From a virus (taxonomy: Duplodnaviria; Caudoviricetes): a DNA stretch of 64,000 nt. Where the stretch lies: the IMG/VR virus record IMGVR_UViG_3300017565_000002, positions 151,804-215,803 of that record; one strand, given 5' to 3'. Of this stretch, positions 38,811 through 48,007 are shown in pieces (the stretch's first letter is position 1; every line of letters begins with the position of its first letter). A model generated the notes under the pieces. It did no database searches. It had not been told where the DNA came from and saw only the letters and a program-made list of their open reading frames with translations. The position numbers and the translations under genes were made by a program.

Positions 38811-39197
38811 TTATATTCTCCATCGTTCTACATAATAGAATGCGTACGGCGTCTCTACCGCCTTCAACGACCGTTCCAAATGGAAGAATAACTCCGAGTC
38901 AGCATTTCCAATGATGCGCATAGCTTGGTCGCGATCGATACGCAGGTCTTCTTTAAGCATATCCTCATCTAGCGTTGCTGCATAGGTTGAGAAGCTACGT
39001 AGTATAATAGATTTGAGTTCATCTGCATCAACCGAGGAGTCCGTGAGTTGAATATAGATGTGGGAGTCACAATCTGGCGATTCTTCAATTTGCATACGGT
39101 GTGGTTCTTGGCCCACCGCATCTTTGATAATATCGTTGAGTGATACATTATACAGGATAAGCTCCCTCAATGCGATTTGCGTTTCAATTGTTGTCAT
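38811..39197 (-). CDS. Hypothetical protein (128 aa)
   Basis: ORF translationally coupled to tmk. Confidence 0.65.
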   Translation of the reverse strand: MTTIETQIALRELILYNVSLNDIIKDAVGQEPHRMQIEESPDCDSHIYIQLTDSSVDADELKSIILRSFSTYAATLDEDMLKEDLRIDRDQAMRIIGNADSELFFHLERSLKAVETPYAFYYVERWRI

Positions 39198-40009
39198 GTA
39201 TGATTATCCTCCCTTTTTTTCTCTTCCTCGTAGATTCGATCTACGATATATTTTGCGATTTCTTGTGGGGTTCTAAGATCTCCATTTTCATCTTCTGTAT
39301 CTACAGACATCCAGCCGAACTTCTCCGTGAAATGTGCCATGGAAGCACTGACCTCTGACAAGAAGTACTCGGTTTCGTGGATGTCTAACTTATCTCTGGA
39401 CTTTTGCATATTAGATATGCATCTAGCCACAGATGTATTCAAGACGATGACATAATCAGGTCTAGGTATACGAAAGATTGTATATTCAATAAAAGTAATG
39501 AACTTTGAAATCCGATTTTTCTTACTATAAGTATCTGCCTTCACTGCTTGATAGTAGATACTACTCGTCGTATAGCGGTCAAATATCATGTAATCGTATT
39601 TATGATAGTCAATCTTCAATTTGAACCACGCAAACAACCTGTCGATTGAATAGGTTAAAGATGAAAGGTAAGGACTGACTTTCATCGGATCTTTGCCAAA
39701 TTTCCCATTTAAATACCATTTAACCAATAAAGAATGCCACTTGTCATACATGGGAAATGACCAGAAAGCAATATGGACTGGATTTTGACTCTCTTCTTGT
39801 CGAGTCAATAACTCTTGCCATAGTTTATTTGTGATGGTTTGCTTTCCACTACCATCTAGACCTTCGATTGCAATGATGATAGGTTTCTTACGTTTATTAT
39901 ACGAAGCGGTACTTGCAGTAAACCATATAATCATTGGAATAAATAAAAGGATGATACATAACGCCAACCAAGTCTGCTCGTTATTAGTTAGCTGAAGCTG
40001 GATTTCCAT
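39194..40009 (-). CDS. tmk: Thymidylate kinase with an N-terminal transmembrane helix
   Basis: IAIEGLDGSGKQT P-loop, FDRYTTS, PRPDYVIVL; N-terminal WLALCIILLFIPMIIWF. Confidence 0.88.
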   Translation of the reverse strand: MEIQLQLTNNEQTWLALCIILLFIPMIIWFTASTASYNKRKKPIIIAIEGLDGSGKQTITNKLWQELLTRQEESQNPVHIAFWSFPMYDKWHSLLVKWYLNGKFGKDPMKVSPYLSSLTYSIDRLFAWFKLKIDYHKYDYMIFDRYTTSSIYYQAVKADTYSKKNRISKFITFIEYTIFRIPRPDYVIVLNTSVARCISNMQKSRDKLDIHETEYFLSEVSASMAHFTEKFGWMSVDTEDENGDLRTPQEIAKYIVDRIYEEEKKREDNHT

Positions 40010-40020
40010 CCTATTCCCTC

Positions 40021-40731
40021 CTATATGATCGTCGACATATCCATATGTCGTACTAAACGCTTAAAGCTTTCCCGCTTTCGAATTCGGTTGTATACGTACT
40101 TAGAAGTAAACTGATCCTGATAATATACGCAGAGTTCTACGCGGGGTAAAAACGAATATCCCTTTTCGATCTTTGCTTTATATACCAAATCGTCATCCAA
40201 GATAATCTGCTCAAGCATCATATCTGTATATGCCTTAACCATATTATCATAATCCGGTGTGACAACCGGTGGTAAAAGTCCTGCTTCAAACAGGATTTTT
40301 TCTTCCACGGATGCATCTTCCGGCATTTGATGATAAGCATGGCAAGTTATATATATGGGTGTATGGATAACTTTAATATCTTCCTTGATATCCTCGATTA
40401 ATCCTTCGAGGTATTTCCGATTGTCTTTTGCATTGGGTACATAGTTTGTAACGAACCCTTTAGCCAACCGAGACCTCGGCCGCTCAGAACCAACCGGGTA
40501 TTCATAATACGTAATCTTAAAATATGAGTACGTTATCTCACTTAAAATCTTCTCCTTTCTCGTTATGGCAGATTGGACTTTCTCTAACGTTAGTTTATCC
40601 CCTAAGCAGTACATCAAACGTTCAACTGGATCATGTCTAGGAATTCCTTTAGTTTTCTCTTTATATAGGGATAGTCTATCTTTCCTTGATTTAATCTTTC
40701 TTTTCTTCCCCATTGTGGAATTACGACCCAC
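40021..40731 (-). CDS. rusA: RusA-like Holliday junction resolvase
   Basis: RPRSR, PDYDNMVKAYTD, DDDLV, PRVEL. The start could be the ATG at 40713. Confidence 0.8.
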   Translation of the reverse strand: MGRNSTMGKKRKIKSRKDRLSLYKEKTKGIPRHDPVERLMYCLGDKLTLEKVQSAITRKEKILSEITYSYFKITYYEYPVGSERPRSRLAKGFVTNYVPNAKDNRKYLEGLIEDIKEDIKVIHTPIYITCHAYHQMPEDASVEEKILFEAGLLPPVVTPDYDNMVKAYTDMMLEQIILDDDLVYKAKIEKGYSFLPRVELCVYYQDQFTSKYVYNRIRKRESFKRLVRHMDMSTII

Positions 40732-40765
40732 CTTTCTTATTCTTGGTTTGGAAAAAGATTAAAAA

Positions 40766-40777
40766 TAACTCGATGTC
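40766..40777 (-). promoter_or_regulatory. Putative late-type promoter GACA-N6-TA
   Basis: GACAtcgagtTA right after the upstream terminator. Confidence 0.4.
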
Positions 40778-40780
40778 AAT

Positions 40781-40818
40781 CAAAAAAAAAAGAACCAAGA
40801 GGATAGTTCCCCCTTGGT
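40781..40818 (-). terminator. Intrinsic terminator
   Basis: ACCAAGGGGG-aacta-TCCTCTTGGT followed by a long T tract. Confidence 0.75.
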
Positions 40819-40830
40819 CCCAGTGGAGAC

Positions 40831-41229
40831 TTATAGACTCAATAACTTCCGCAGTTCCAATCCAATCTTATATCCATCAACCCAGTTAGGATTTCGCTTG
40901 GATATAATCTTGGGTGTGAGTTGAAGCGATGGAGATTTCTGTTCGAGCGCATCTTTCAGCCCGAATAGAAAGATAGTGTCGTACTCCCGATGAAGATAAA
41001 ACCACACTTTGGACCGGATGAGCTGAATTTCCAGTCCAACCAAGACGTCCAATGATGTGTTACTCTCCATTGCATATAGGAGAGTTATGGGATGGACGAA
41101 AAGATCGCCATCTGCATCCCGATAGATATAACTTTGCGTAGTCGGGTTAACCTTCAATTCAGTATATTTCTCTACAATTGTCTGCGGATCGACATGTGCT
41201 TTCCCATTCATCAAAGTTAGCCCTCCCAT
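40831..41229 (-). CDS. Hypothetical protein (132 aa)
   Basis: ORF in operon; the start may be the second Met behind GGAGG. Confidence 0.6.
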   Translation of the reverse strand: MGGLTLMNGKAHVDPQTIVEKYTELKVNPTTQSYIYRDADGDLFVHPITLLYAMESNTSLDVLVGLEIQLIRSKVWFYLHREYDTIFLFGLKDALEQKSPSLQLTPKIISKRNPNWVDGYKIGLELRKLLSL

Positions 41230-41234
41230 GATTA

Positions 41235-41750
41235 TTAGTAGATTTCTTCATACCCATATACAGAATGGAGTGGAATAAAGTGTCGGCGAATCTTTGTTAC
41301 CATTATCGGTAGAACAAACACAAATTGAATTACTACCGATTCATCTTCTTCTGTAACTGCATGGAGTTGCCCGATTTGAACAACCGGTTTTCTATTATCC
41401 CTATTCTTCCAATAGAGTTTGACCGTTCTATTAACCATTTTCCGAGCATCTACAATAGACATACCCGGATTAAATTTAACCATCCGTTCAAGCATATTAG
41501 CTTCCTTTGCCAGAAAATCTCCATGACATTCCCTTGGTGCACAATGACACCCTAAGCGTTTCCCGATCAACTCATGAAGTTTAAAGGGAAGCTGTGTATG
41601 CCAAAAATAATTGTCTCGATACAATGTACAAACCCGATGCTTCTCTGCTGGGGATACATCTTCCTTTCGAAATGGGTTTCCCCATTCAGTCTTCCGATCG
41701 ATCCTTATGTCGTACTCTGAGTTGCGCATATTGACAGCAATTGCAGGCAT
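41235..41750 (-). CDS. DUF4326 domain protein
   Basis: IDRKTEWGNPF and LIGKRLGCHCAPRECHGDFL. Confidence 0.85.
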   Translation of the reverse strand: MPAIAVNMRNSEYDIRIDRKTEWGNPFRKEDVSPAEKHRVCTLYRDNYFWHTQLPFKLHELIGKRLGCHCAPRECHGDFLAKEANMLERMVKFNPGMSIVDARKMVNRTVKLYWKNRDNRKPVVQIGQLHAVTEEDESVVIQFVFVLPIMVTKIRRHFIPLHSVYGYEEIY

Positions 41751-41803
41751 GTATTAACTCCTCACTTATCTAAATATTGTAAACTATATTATTTTTAATT
41801 AGA

Positions 41804-41831
41804 AGAGGAGAGACCTCGGCGTCTCTCCTCT
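41804..41831 (-). terminator. Intrinsic terminator
   Basis: AGAGGAGAGAC/GTCTCTCCTCT stem. Confidence 0.65.
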
Positions 41832-41837
41832 ATGAAG

Positions 41838-42398
41838 CTATACTGAAATGTGTATCGAACCTTCATCTCCGTCACCAGTTGTAATGTGGGTCACACCCAG
41901 ACCAATTGGTTCCGCATATTTGAGGTCGATAACTTTTTTGATGTCCCTAAGAACCCACCTGAGCAACCCCATAACCTCTTGGTCGCCTTCGATGATTTGG
42001 ACATGGTCTCCATTATCCTTGAAGATCAATTTGTAATGGTCACTGTCGGCATTTTTCAGATCCTTTTCGATCTCTTTCTTGATCTTGGGATCAGCTTTCA
42101 ATTTGGCGACCATTTTCTTGATGTCTGTCTTTATATTCTGGACAAGTTTCTCTTTGGAGTTTTTACCTATCCATTCATCGTGCTTCCTTCGCTTTTCGGC
42201 GCGATCGGCATCCTTTTTCTTCTCCGATTCATTAGCTTCTTTTTTCTTCTTCGCATCCGAGATATTGAACCCTATTGTGGTAGCAAGTGCTGCGAGTATT
42301 CCAACACCCGCAAGCACTGCCCCAACCTCATTCAGGTTTTCATATTCGACACCTTCTCGAATAAGTTGTATCTTAGTTCGGAGATCCAACTCTGCCAC
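41838..42398 (-). CDS. Probable virion-packaged membrane protein sharing the KIQLIRE|G leader
   Basis: LRTKIQLIREG; NLNE|V followed by a ~20-aa hydrophobic helix and a charged domain. Confidence 0.6.
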   Translation of the reverse strand: MAELDLRTKIQLIREGVEYENLNEVGAVLAGVGILAALATTIGFNISDAKKKKEANESEKKKDADRAEKRRKHDEWIGKNSKEKLVQNIKTDIKKMVAKLKADPKIKKEIEKDLKNADSDHYKLIFKDNGDHVQIIEGDQEVMGLLRWVLRDIKKVIDLKYAEPIGLGVTHITTGDGDEGSIHISV

Positions 42399-42418
42399 TT
42401 TAGCACACCTCCCTTTAT

Positions 42419-42784
42419 TTATTCTGGTTGGTTGGCTGCTTTAGTAGCAGCAACATCGGCATCTATTCCTAAAACCTGAGCAAGGTACAAAAACGTTTGG
42501 TCATTCGCCGAGCTGTTTGTGAACTTCACGCGAAAATAACGTTGCTTTCCAGCCGAAAACCACTCGGATATGAATAATTCATTGGCCGTTACTGACAGTG
42601 TTTTTTCATCCGTCCACGTTTCAGCATCATTGCTGGTTTGGAAAATTATTGTGCCGTCTTGATCTGCGAACGCGGCTAGTTTTACCCATTCTGCCATCAG
42701 CTGACGAAGACGACTTTGTTTCCCCCCTGTAAATGATTCACTAGCAGGAAGGGGAGTCGTAGCCAATATTGATGTATTTAGCAT
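42419..42784 (-). CDS. Small beta-sandwich virion protein
   Basis: TTPL...FTG, FADQDGTIIFQTSND..W, YFRVKFTN pattern recalled from phage structural proteins; late promoter upstream. Confidence 0.5.
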   Translation of the reverse strand: MLNTSILATTPLPASESFTGGKQSRLRQLMAEWVKLAAFADQDGTIIFQTSNDAETWTDEKTLSVTANELFISEWFSAGKQRYFRVKFTNSSANDQTFLYLAQVLGIDADVAATKAANQPE

Positions 42785-42815
42785 CCTCCTATATACACTC
42801 CTAACATCATTAGAT

Positions 42816-42827
42816 TATTGGTTTGTT
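42816..42827 (-). promoter_or_regulatory. Putative late promoter AACA-N6-TA
   Basis: AACAaaccaaTA. Confidence 0.55.
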
Positions 42828-43837
42828 TATCCCGAGAAATGCATTTGAATGGGTCGGCTGGCAGAGAGTTGTTCGGGTGTAAAGTAACCTTTCTTCTCTT
42901 TCTTTTTCACGGGTCTAAATACTAATGCAAGTGGTAGTTTGTCACTGTAATGGAATGGACCATTAGCTACAAACATGACCGGCGTAACTTGATTATCGAC
43001 AATATCAAATATTGGAGCCAGTGTGTTTACGGGTAATTCCGAGAGTTCGGATGGTGGGTTATCATATGCTGGTGTGGCATAATTGCTGTCAAGAATTCTA
43101 ACCCAATGAGATCGGTCCGGAACTCGAACGGAACGATCATTATCATTATTGGTACGAAGTGATACAAATTCTGCAAGTTGATCTGTATTACTGCAAACAT
43201 CACTCAACTCAACTTCTACACCATAGAAAAAGCGGATGAACGCGCTGATCCAGCTGGATAAGAATGCGGTAGTAAGATTACCCGACATACTCGCAGCGTC
43301 GATGATATGACTAATCTCAGCAGGTGTAAATATGAAATTAGCTTCAGTGTGGATATATAACGCATTCGGGTATTGATGACTACTATTATCCATACCCATA
43401 CGCATTGCGTAGTTCAAAGTCTCTTGGGATGTGGCCGCGGTATCATGAACCATTTTTTCAGAATTCAACCACATCATTGAAGATAGTTTAGATATTATAG
43501 CTCGTCGAATCACAGGAATAAATTCCTGAATATTAATATACTTGAATCTTACTGGAATTGAGTTTCCAGAATTTAAAAGTTTAGTTGTTCTGACCTCTTC
43601 GTATAATCTTGTAATCTCCTTATGCTCTAATGCAATTAACGCTTGTGCAGATTCAGAGAATTGCAACTTTAAGGATATGTCTATTCTCTCGTCTGTTAGA
43701 TTGTATAGGCTAATAGTCATTATGTCGCAAAGAGGAGCTAACGTATTATCAGGTAATTGATCCACATGAAACCCAAAAGCAACACTTACGCTCGGATAAT
43801 TCATTTTCGTCTCAACTGTATCTAACATTTTGAACAC
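42827..43837 (-). CDS. Hypothetical protein, possibly a degenerate ThyX fold
   Basis: QYPNALYIHTEANF loosely resembles ThyX LPNA..T; the RHRxxS motif is absent. Confidence 0.55.
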   Translation of the reverse strand: MFKMLDTVETKMNYPSVSVAFGFHVDQLPDNTLAPLCDIMTISLYNLTDERIDISLKLQFSESAQALIALEHKEITRLYEEVRTTKLLNSGNSIPVRFKYINIQEFIPVIRRAIISKLSSMMWLNSEKMVHDTAATSQETLNYAMRMGMDNSSHQYPNALYIHTEANFIFTPAEISHIIDAASMSGNLTTAFLSSWISAFIRFFYGVEVELSDVCSNTDQLAEFVSLRTNNDNDRSVRVPDRSHWVRILDSNYATPAYDNPPSELSELPVNTLAPIFDIVDNQVTPVMFVANGPFHYSDKLPLALVFRPVKKKEKKGYFTPEQLSASRPIQMHFSG

Positions 43838-43875
43838 CTTCTCTTCCTTTTGGTTTTTAGATAGTTGCGTACAAA

Positions 43876-44307
43876 CTACTTATTTACCTGTCTCTTTAAA
43901 TATAATACAAATGGAACACATTCCTTTGACGCCTCATCTAGCCCGATTCTCACAATACGTCTTATTGTGTTTTCCTGATTAATTTTTGACTTACCTTTAA
44001 ATCTATCATGGAAATCATCAAACTGACGCGCGTATTCATACAAATCGGGATTTTGCCTAAAATACATCACCCATAACGTCTGGTAAAAAAGAAGCGCGTA
44101 GGATGCATCAAATGTGATCCCTCTGACACAGAAATGGGTAGGTTTCTTACCCTTCCCTTCCATAATTGTAGAGGGCGCAAAAGACTCTATGCGCTTGGAG
44201 AGTTGATAAAATTTCTCTATGGTGTCTCTCATCCCAAGGAAATCAACGTAGGCATAGAATGCACTAAATCTCTTATCTCCTTGGGAATGACAGTGTAACA
44301 CGCTCAT
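43876..44307 (-). CDS. NADAR-like (ADP-ribosylhydrolase-type) protein
   Basis: RFSAFYA...TIEKFYQLSK...YFRQNPDL parallels NADAR FSNFY...TxEHYYQAxK...KFxQNPxL. Confidence 0.55.
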   Translation of the reverse strand: MSVLHCHSQGDKRFSAFYAYVDFLGMRDTIEKFYQLSKRIESFAPSTIMEGKGKKPTHFCVRGITFDASYALLFYQTLWVMYFRQNPDLYEYARQFDDFHDRFKGKSKINQENTIRRIVRIGLDEASKECVPFVLYLKRQVNK

Positions 44308-44663
44308 TTCATTTTCATCCTTAAGTCACTTGTATGGTCTATATCATCAATCTCTGCAACTTCAATATGACCACTTTGAATCAAAGACTTCAATCGAGAC
44401 CTTAAGATCATTCGATCAAACTCAGTCATCACACTCCAATTATGAGGAATGATGGTACTGAGCATAACTGGTCGATTGAACTGGCGAAGTTGATAGATGC
44501 GTTGTTCAATCGTTGTCATACAAAGTTCTATATAGGTATTGGAGTTAAACAATTTTATTACGGTCAGTTCGTTAGGTCCAACCCCGATTTCCATTGCTGC
44601 CATTTCAATTCTGGAGTTCTCTACATATAGTTGGTCGATTTCGATGTCTTTAACAGCAGACAT
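44304..44663 (-). CDS. Hypothetical protein (119 aa)
   Basis: Coupled ORF. Confidence 0.6.
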   Translation of the reverse strand: MSAVKDIEIDQLYVENSRIEMAAMEIGVGPNELTVIKLFNSNTYIELCMTTIEQRIYQLRQFNRPVMLSTIIPHNWSVMTEFDRMILRSRLKSLIQSGHIEVAEIDDIDHTSDLRMKMK

Positions 44664-44706
44664 TGTGAATACACCTCTTTATCGGTTATAATACACAAAT
44701 TTGTTA

Positions 44707-45477
44707 TTACTTGCTTTTCATTGCAACCACGTTCACAAGGGTATGTGATAGATGTTGACGAAATGCAGCACTCTGAAATGAATCGCCTTTACAAATTGCA
44801 TGCCAACGATCTGCTTCGAGCGGCTTTACTTTTTTTCGCATGCATCTTTCCACATATTGCTCGTACGTTTCATCCGGAGAAGATGGCCTTGTCAATTTTC
44901 TTCTCTCTGGTGCAGGTGTTGGTTGACTCACATCTACTCGTGTATCCGTAAATGTGGCAGCCGGAATTTCTGGCGGATGTTCCATAGGTGATATTGGAGT
45001 TTTTGTTGGTTGCTCGACAACTTCAATACCACCTTTAGGTATAACCGGCTCGTCGATTAAGATGGATAACAGTTCATCTTCATCTATCACTATACTCTCT
45101 CCGTGGAGTCTCGATTCGTCAATCAAATATTGTAAATTTGATTGAATTAATGATGGAATAACGCTGAGACGTATGAGATGTGCCAAATCAATCTCCCATT
45201 CGGTATTGGTGTAATACGAGTGAGCAAGGTATACACAAGGTTTTTTGGATGACCTTACTGAGAAGTAATCATTCATCTTATACATACTCTTGGCCACTGC
45301 CTCATATGCAACCCGAATGTCTTTAGTTGCCAAACCAGCTTTAATCCATTTCGACATAATTGTAAATGTAATAGAAGGGGAAAGACCCGAATTTTCAGGT
45401 CTTTCCGCCGCCATTCTGATGATATCTACGAAGATGTGCAAATAAGCCCTATTCCTTGAGTTTGATTTCATCGTCAT
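44707..45477 (-). CDS. Hypothetical protein (256 aa) with Pro-rich linker
   Basis: Overlaps the 3' end of the queC-like gene. Confidence 0.6.
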   Translation of the reverse strand: MTMKSNSRNRAYLHIFVDIIRMAAERPENSGLSPSITFTIMSKWIKAGLATKDIRVAYEAVAKSMYKMNDYFSVRSSKKPCVYLAHSYYTNTEWEIDLAHLIRLSVIPSLIQSNLQYLIDESRLHGESIVIDEDELLSILIDEPVIPKGGIEVVEQPTKTPISPMEHPPEIPAATFTDTRVDVSQPTPAPERRKLTRPSSPDETYEQYVERCMRKKVKPLEADRWHAICKGDSFQSAAFRQHLSHTLVNVVAMKSK

Positions 45478-46228
45478 CTCTCCATTCGACTGATAGGTTA
45501 AATTTCTTTAATTGCTCATTATACCAGTTCACTTTATTACCACGAGATGATACATTAAACCCTGCCAGACCTAAAAGTGCGTCAATGTGTATCCGACATG
45601 GTCTACAATGTCCACAAGGAGTAAATACATCTACCGCAAATGTGGGTACACTAGCCACCTTCTCACAATACCAAAGTTTCTCATATACTTCGCGGTTATG
45701 TGACTCTTCATACCATTCAAATATATATCTCTTGTCAAGATTCCTCAGAGGGAATACGACATCTACTGCATAGCCCAAGAATTTATTGGACGCATCAACG
45801 AATTCCTTAATAAGTTCTACCGTTTTATCTGACACATCGTCATCTCTAACAGCGGCGATGTAAATAACGGCATCCTTTGTTACATAAGGTAGGAGATTGG
45901 ATGCCCACATCATTAATTGTGGTTGCCCGCATTTTTGTTGTCTATGATAGATGTGGTCAGATGCCGAAACCTTGATAAAGTTATCTCTGATATGCAAACC
46001 GCGGCTAGTCAGTATAGGCAAGATCTCATCTCTTGCTTGTATTTCTTTTACTGGTTTTCTACCCAGTTGGAAGTGGTTAATATAGACCGCATTAACGGGT
46101 TTAGTCTCAAGCCCATGCTTTTGAGCAATTTGTGCCAATAAAAATGTGGAGTCTAACCCTCCAGACCAAAGCACATAATGATCACGATCTTTTTCAAATT
46201 CACCATAATTTAAGTTATATATAGACAC
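45449..46228 (-). CDS. queC: QueC-like PP-loop ATPase with Zn site (divergent)
   Basis: VLWSGGLDST PP-loop, FPLRNLDK, WYC...PCGHCRPC. Confidence 0.8.
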   Translation of the reverse strand: MSIYNLNYGEFEKDRDHYVLWSGGLDSTFLLAQIAQKHGLETKPVNAVYINHFQLGRKPVKEIQARDEILPILTSRGLHIRDNFIKVSASDHIYHRQQKCGQPQLMMWASNLLPYVTKDAVIYIAAVRDDDVSDKTVELIKEFVDASNKFLGYAVDVVFPLRNLDKRYIFEWYEESHNREVYEKLWYCEKVASVPTFAVDVFTPCGHCRPCRIHIDALLGLAGFNVSSRGNKVNWYNEQLKKFNLSVEWRDDDEIKLKE

Positions 46229-46242
46229 CCTACAATTCTCCC

Positions 46243-47181
46243 TTACAAGTTTCTGGAATAAAGCTCTATGATTACATAAACTTCTTTGAGTGCATCAATG
46301 AACATGGGTTTTAAAGAGTCATCATTCATCATATGCCATGTAGATTTCTCAAACCCTTCAACGAACTCTTTATCATTGAGTTCAATAGCGAGTTTTTTCA
46401 TGTCAACACCAAACATCATTAAACCGCATACAGCGGCTGCTCGTTTAATTGGATCGTTTGTATCCCTGAAGTAGCGCACCAATCTCTCTTTAACTAAATC
46501 GCGCGTGATATCCAGATCGCCGGTCTGTCCAATCTCTTTTTCAACGATCTCATCTTCCATCGGGCCTTCTTCAGGATCTACAAGATCCAGAATTCCGTCC
46601 CATTCTTCAAATTTTTTAAAATCCCAGATTTGATAAATCACTCTATCCATTATGGATTTAAGTATGTTAGGAAAATTAGGAAGATAGGACGATTCGACTA
46701 TTGTAGTTCCCGCGTGAAGAAGATGTTCCTCAGCCTCGTCCGCATGTATTGCCAATATATGCTTATATTTGGATTCTGCTTCCTGTACTGTATAAGTTAC
46801 AAATACGTTATAGCCTCTATATGAGACCATTTTCTTTACGCTTTGTACATTAGGTATGAAAGCATTTTCTTTCGCTGATTTGTCTTGATTCCCATCAATG
46901 ATGAGTAGTATCTTAGCGCGTTCTCCTTCATGTATATATTTATCTGTAACATACTTTTGCATGGTGGGTGTAACGGTTCTTATGAGTGATTTAATCCATA
47001 AATATAGTGAAACCGATTTGATTTTGTCATACATCCACATTGCATGAAGTTCTCCTAACGCGAATGTGGTAGCTTCTTGGGCGTCCTCGGCCACAGCCTT
47101 CACTATTACCTTTTGAACTTCCCCATCGCCACTGTTCTTGCCGCGCGCAATAGATGCAGTCCATTGATATAATTGTACCAT
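46243..47181 (-). CDS. Hypothetical protein (312 aa)
   Basis: Coupled ORF with RBS. Confidence 0.65.
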   Translation of the reverse strand: MVQLYQWTASIARGKNSGDGEVQKVIVKAVAEDAQEATTFALGELHAMWMYDKIKSVSLYLWIKSLIRTVTPTMQKYVTDKYIHEGERAKILLIIDGNQDKSAKENAFIPNVQSVKKMVSYRGYNVFVTYTVQEAESKYKHILAIHADEAEEHLLHAGTTIVESSYLPNFPNILKSIMDRVIYQIWDFKKFEEWDGILDLVDPEEGPMEDEIVEKEIGQTGDLDITRDLVKERLVRYFRDTNDPIKRAAAVCGLMMFGVDMKKLAIELNDKEFVEGFEKSTWHMMNDDSLKPMFIDALKEVYVIIELYSRNL

Positions 47182-47182
47182 A

Positions 47183-48007
47183 TTACATACTCTCCTCTTC
47201 TTCTTGGTTCTTCCTTATCCCGTACTTCTGTTTCAATAGATGTATAGTTTCATTTGTGTAGGATTTAATGAATTTATCATTACTCCACACTTCAATATAA
47301 AGATCAATTTCTTTATTCCGGGATATGATATGGGAAGCTTTTCGTATATCATTCCCATTATACAGGATCATCGGGATTCCTGTGGTTGAAGAATTGGTGG
47401 TTATTAGAAATATGGGTGCTGACCGATTGGCGAATAAGTAATCGCCGGATAAGGGCTTAAATGTATTGATATCAGATGATTTTACCCGAAATACACGCTC
47501 CCGAGCATCCACAACCTCGATCTTACCCGGATAGTTTTTCGGGATTGGATATCGTCGTTTCAACCATACAAGATTCTCATGGACAAGTTCTTCCGATGTA
47601 CGGAATGCAATACCGAAGTAGTCAATTGTAAATAAGCATTTCTTACCGGGTGTTCGTGTGGCTTCGATTGCACTGGGTGGTAATCCAAGTGCATCTGCTA
47701 ATAGCGGGAAGGGGTCAAAATATTTACTATTCCCTCTTCCACGTCGCACGGCTTTCTCAAATTCCTCCATAGCTTCTTTCGTCTGAAAGAATATCATATT
47801 ACTTTGAATAGCCTTGGTGTAAGGGTATTCCAATTTCCTTAGATATCGTATACCTTCCTCTTGAGTCTTCACATCGAATGCCAGTGCGGGTTTATATCCA
47901 TCTAAGAAGAATTTAATTGCACTAGGCTTCAGTTCCGATGTATCATGTTTAATAGTCAAAACACATACACCTCCGGGGGTCATCGTATTAATCTCATGTA
48001 GATCCAA
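47183..48007 (-). CDS. Hypothetical protein (274 aa)
   Basis: TTG start; preceded in frame by ATG GAT AGG TAA. Confidence 0.6.
   Translation of the reverse strand: MDLHEINTMTPGGVCVLTIKHDTSELKPSAIKFFLDGYKPALAFDVKTQEEGIRYLRKLEYPYTKAIQSNMIFFQTKEAMEEFEKAVRRGRGNSKYFDPFPLLADALGLPPSAIEATRTPGKKCLFTIDYFGIAFRTSEELVHENLVWLKRRYPIPKNYPGKIEVVDARERVFRVKSSDINTFKPLSGDYLFANRSAPIFLITTNSSTTGIPMILYNGNDIRKASHIISRNKEIDLYIEVWSNDKFIKSYTNETIHLLKQKYGIRKNQEEEESM

Noticed and set aside
45449-46228. Complete 7-deazaguanine DNA modification system
   Set aside because: Only the QueC-like gene is present in the window.
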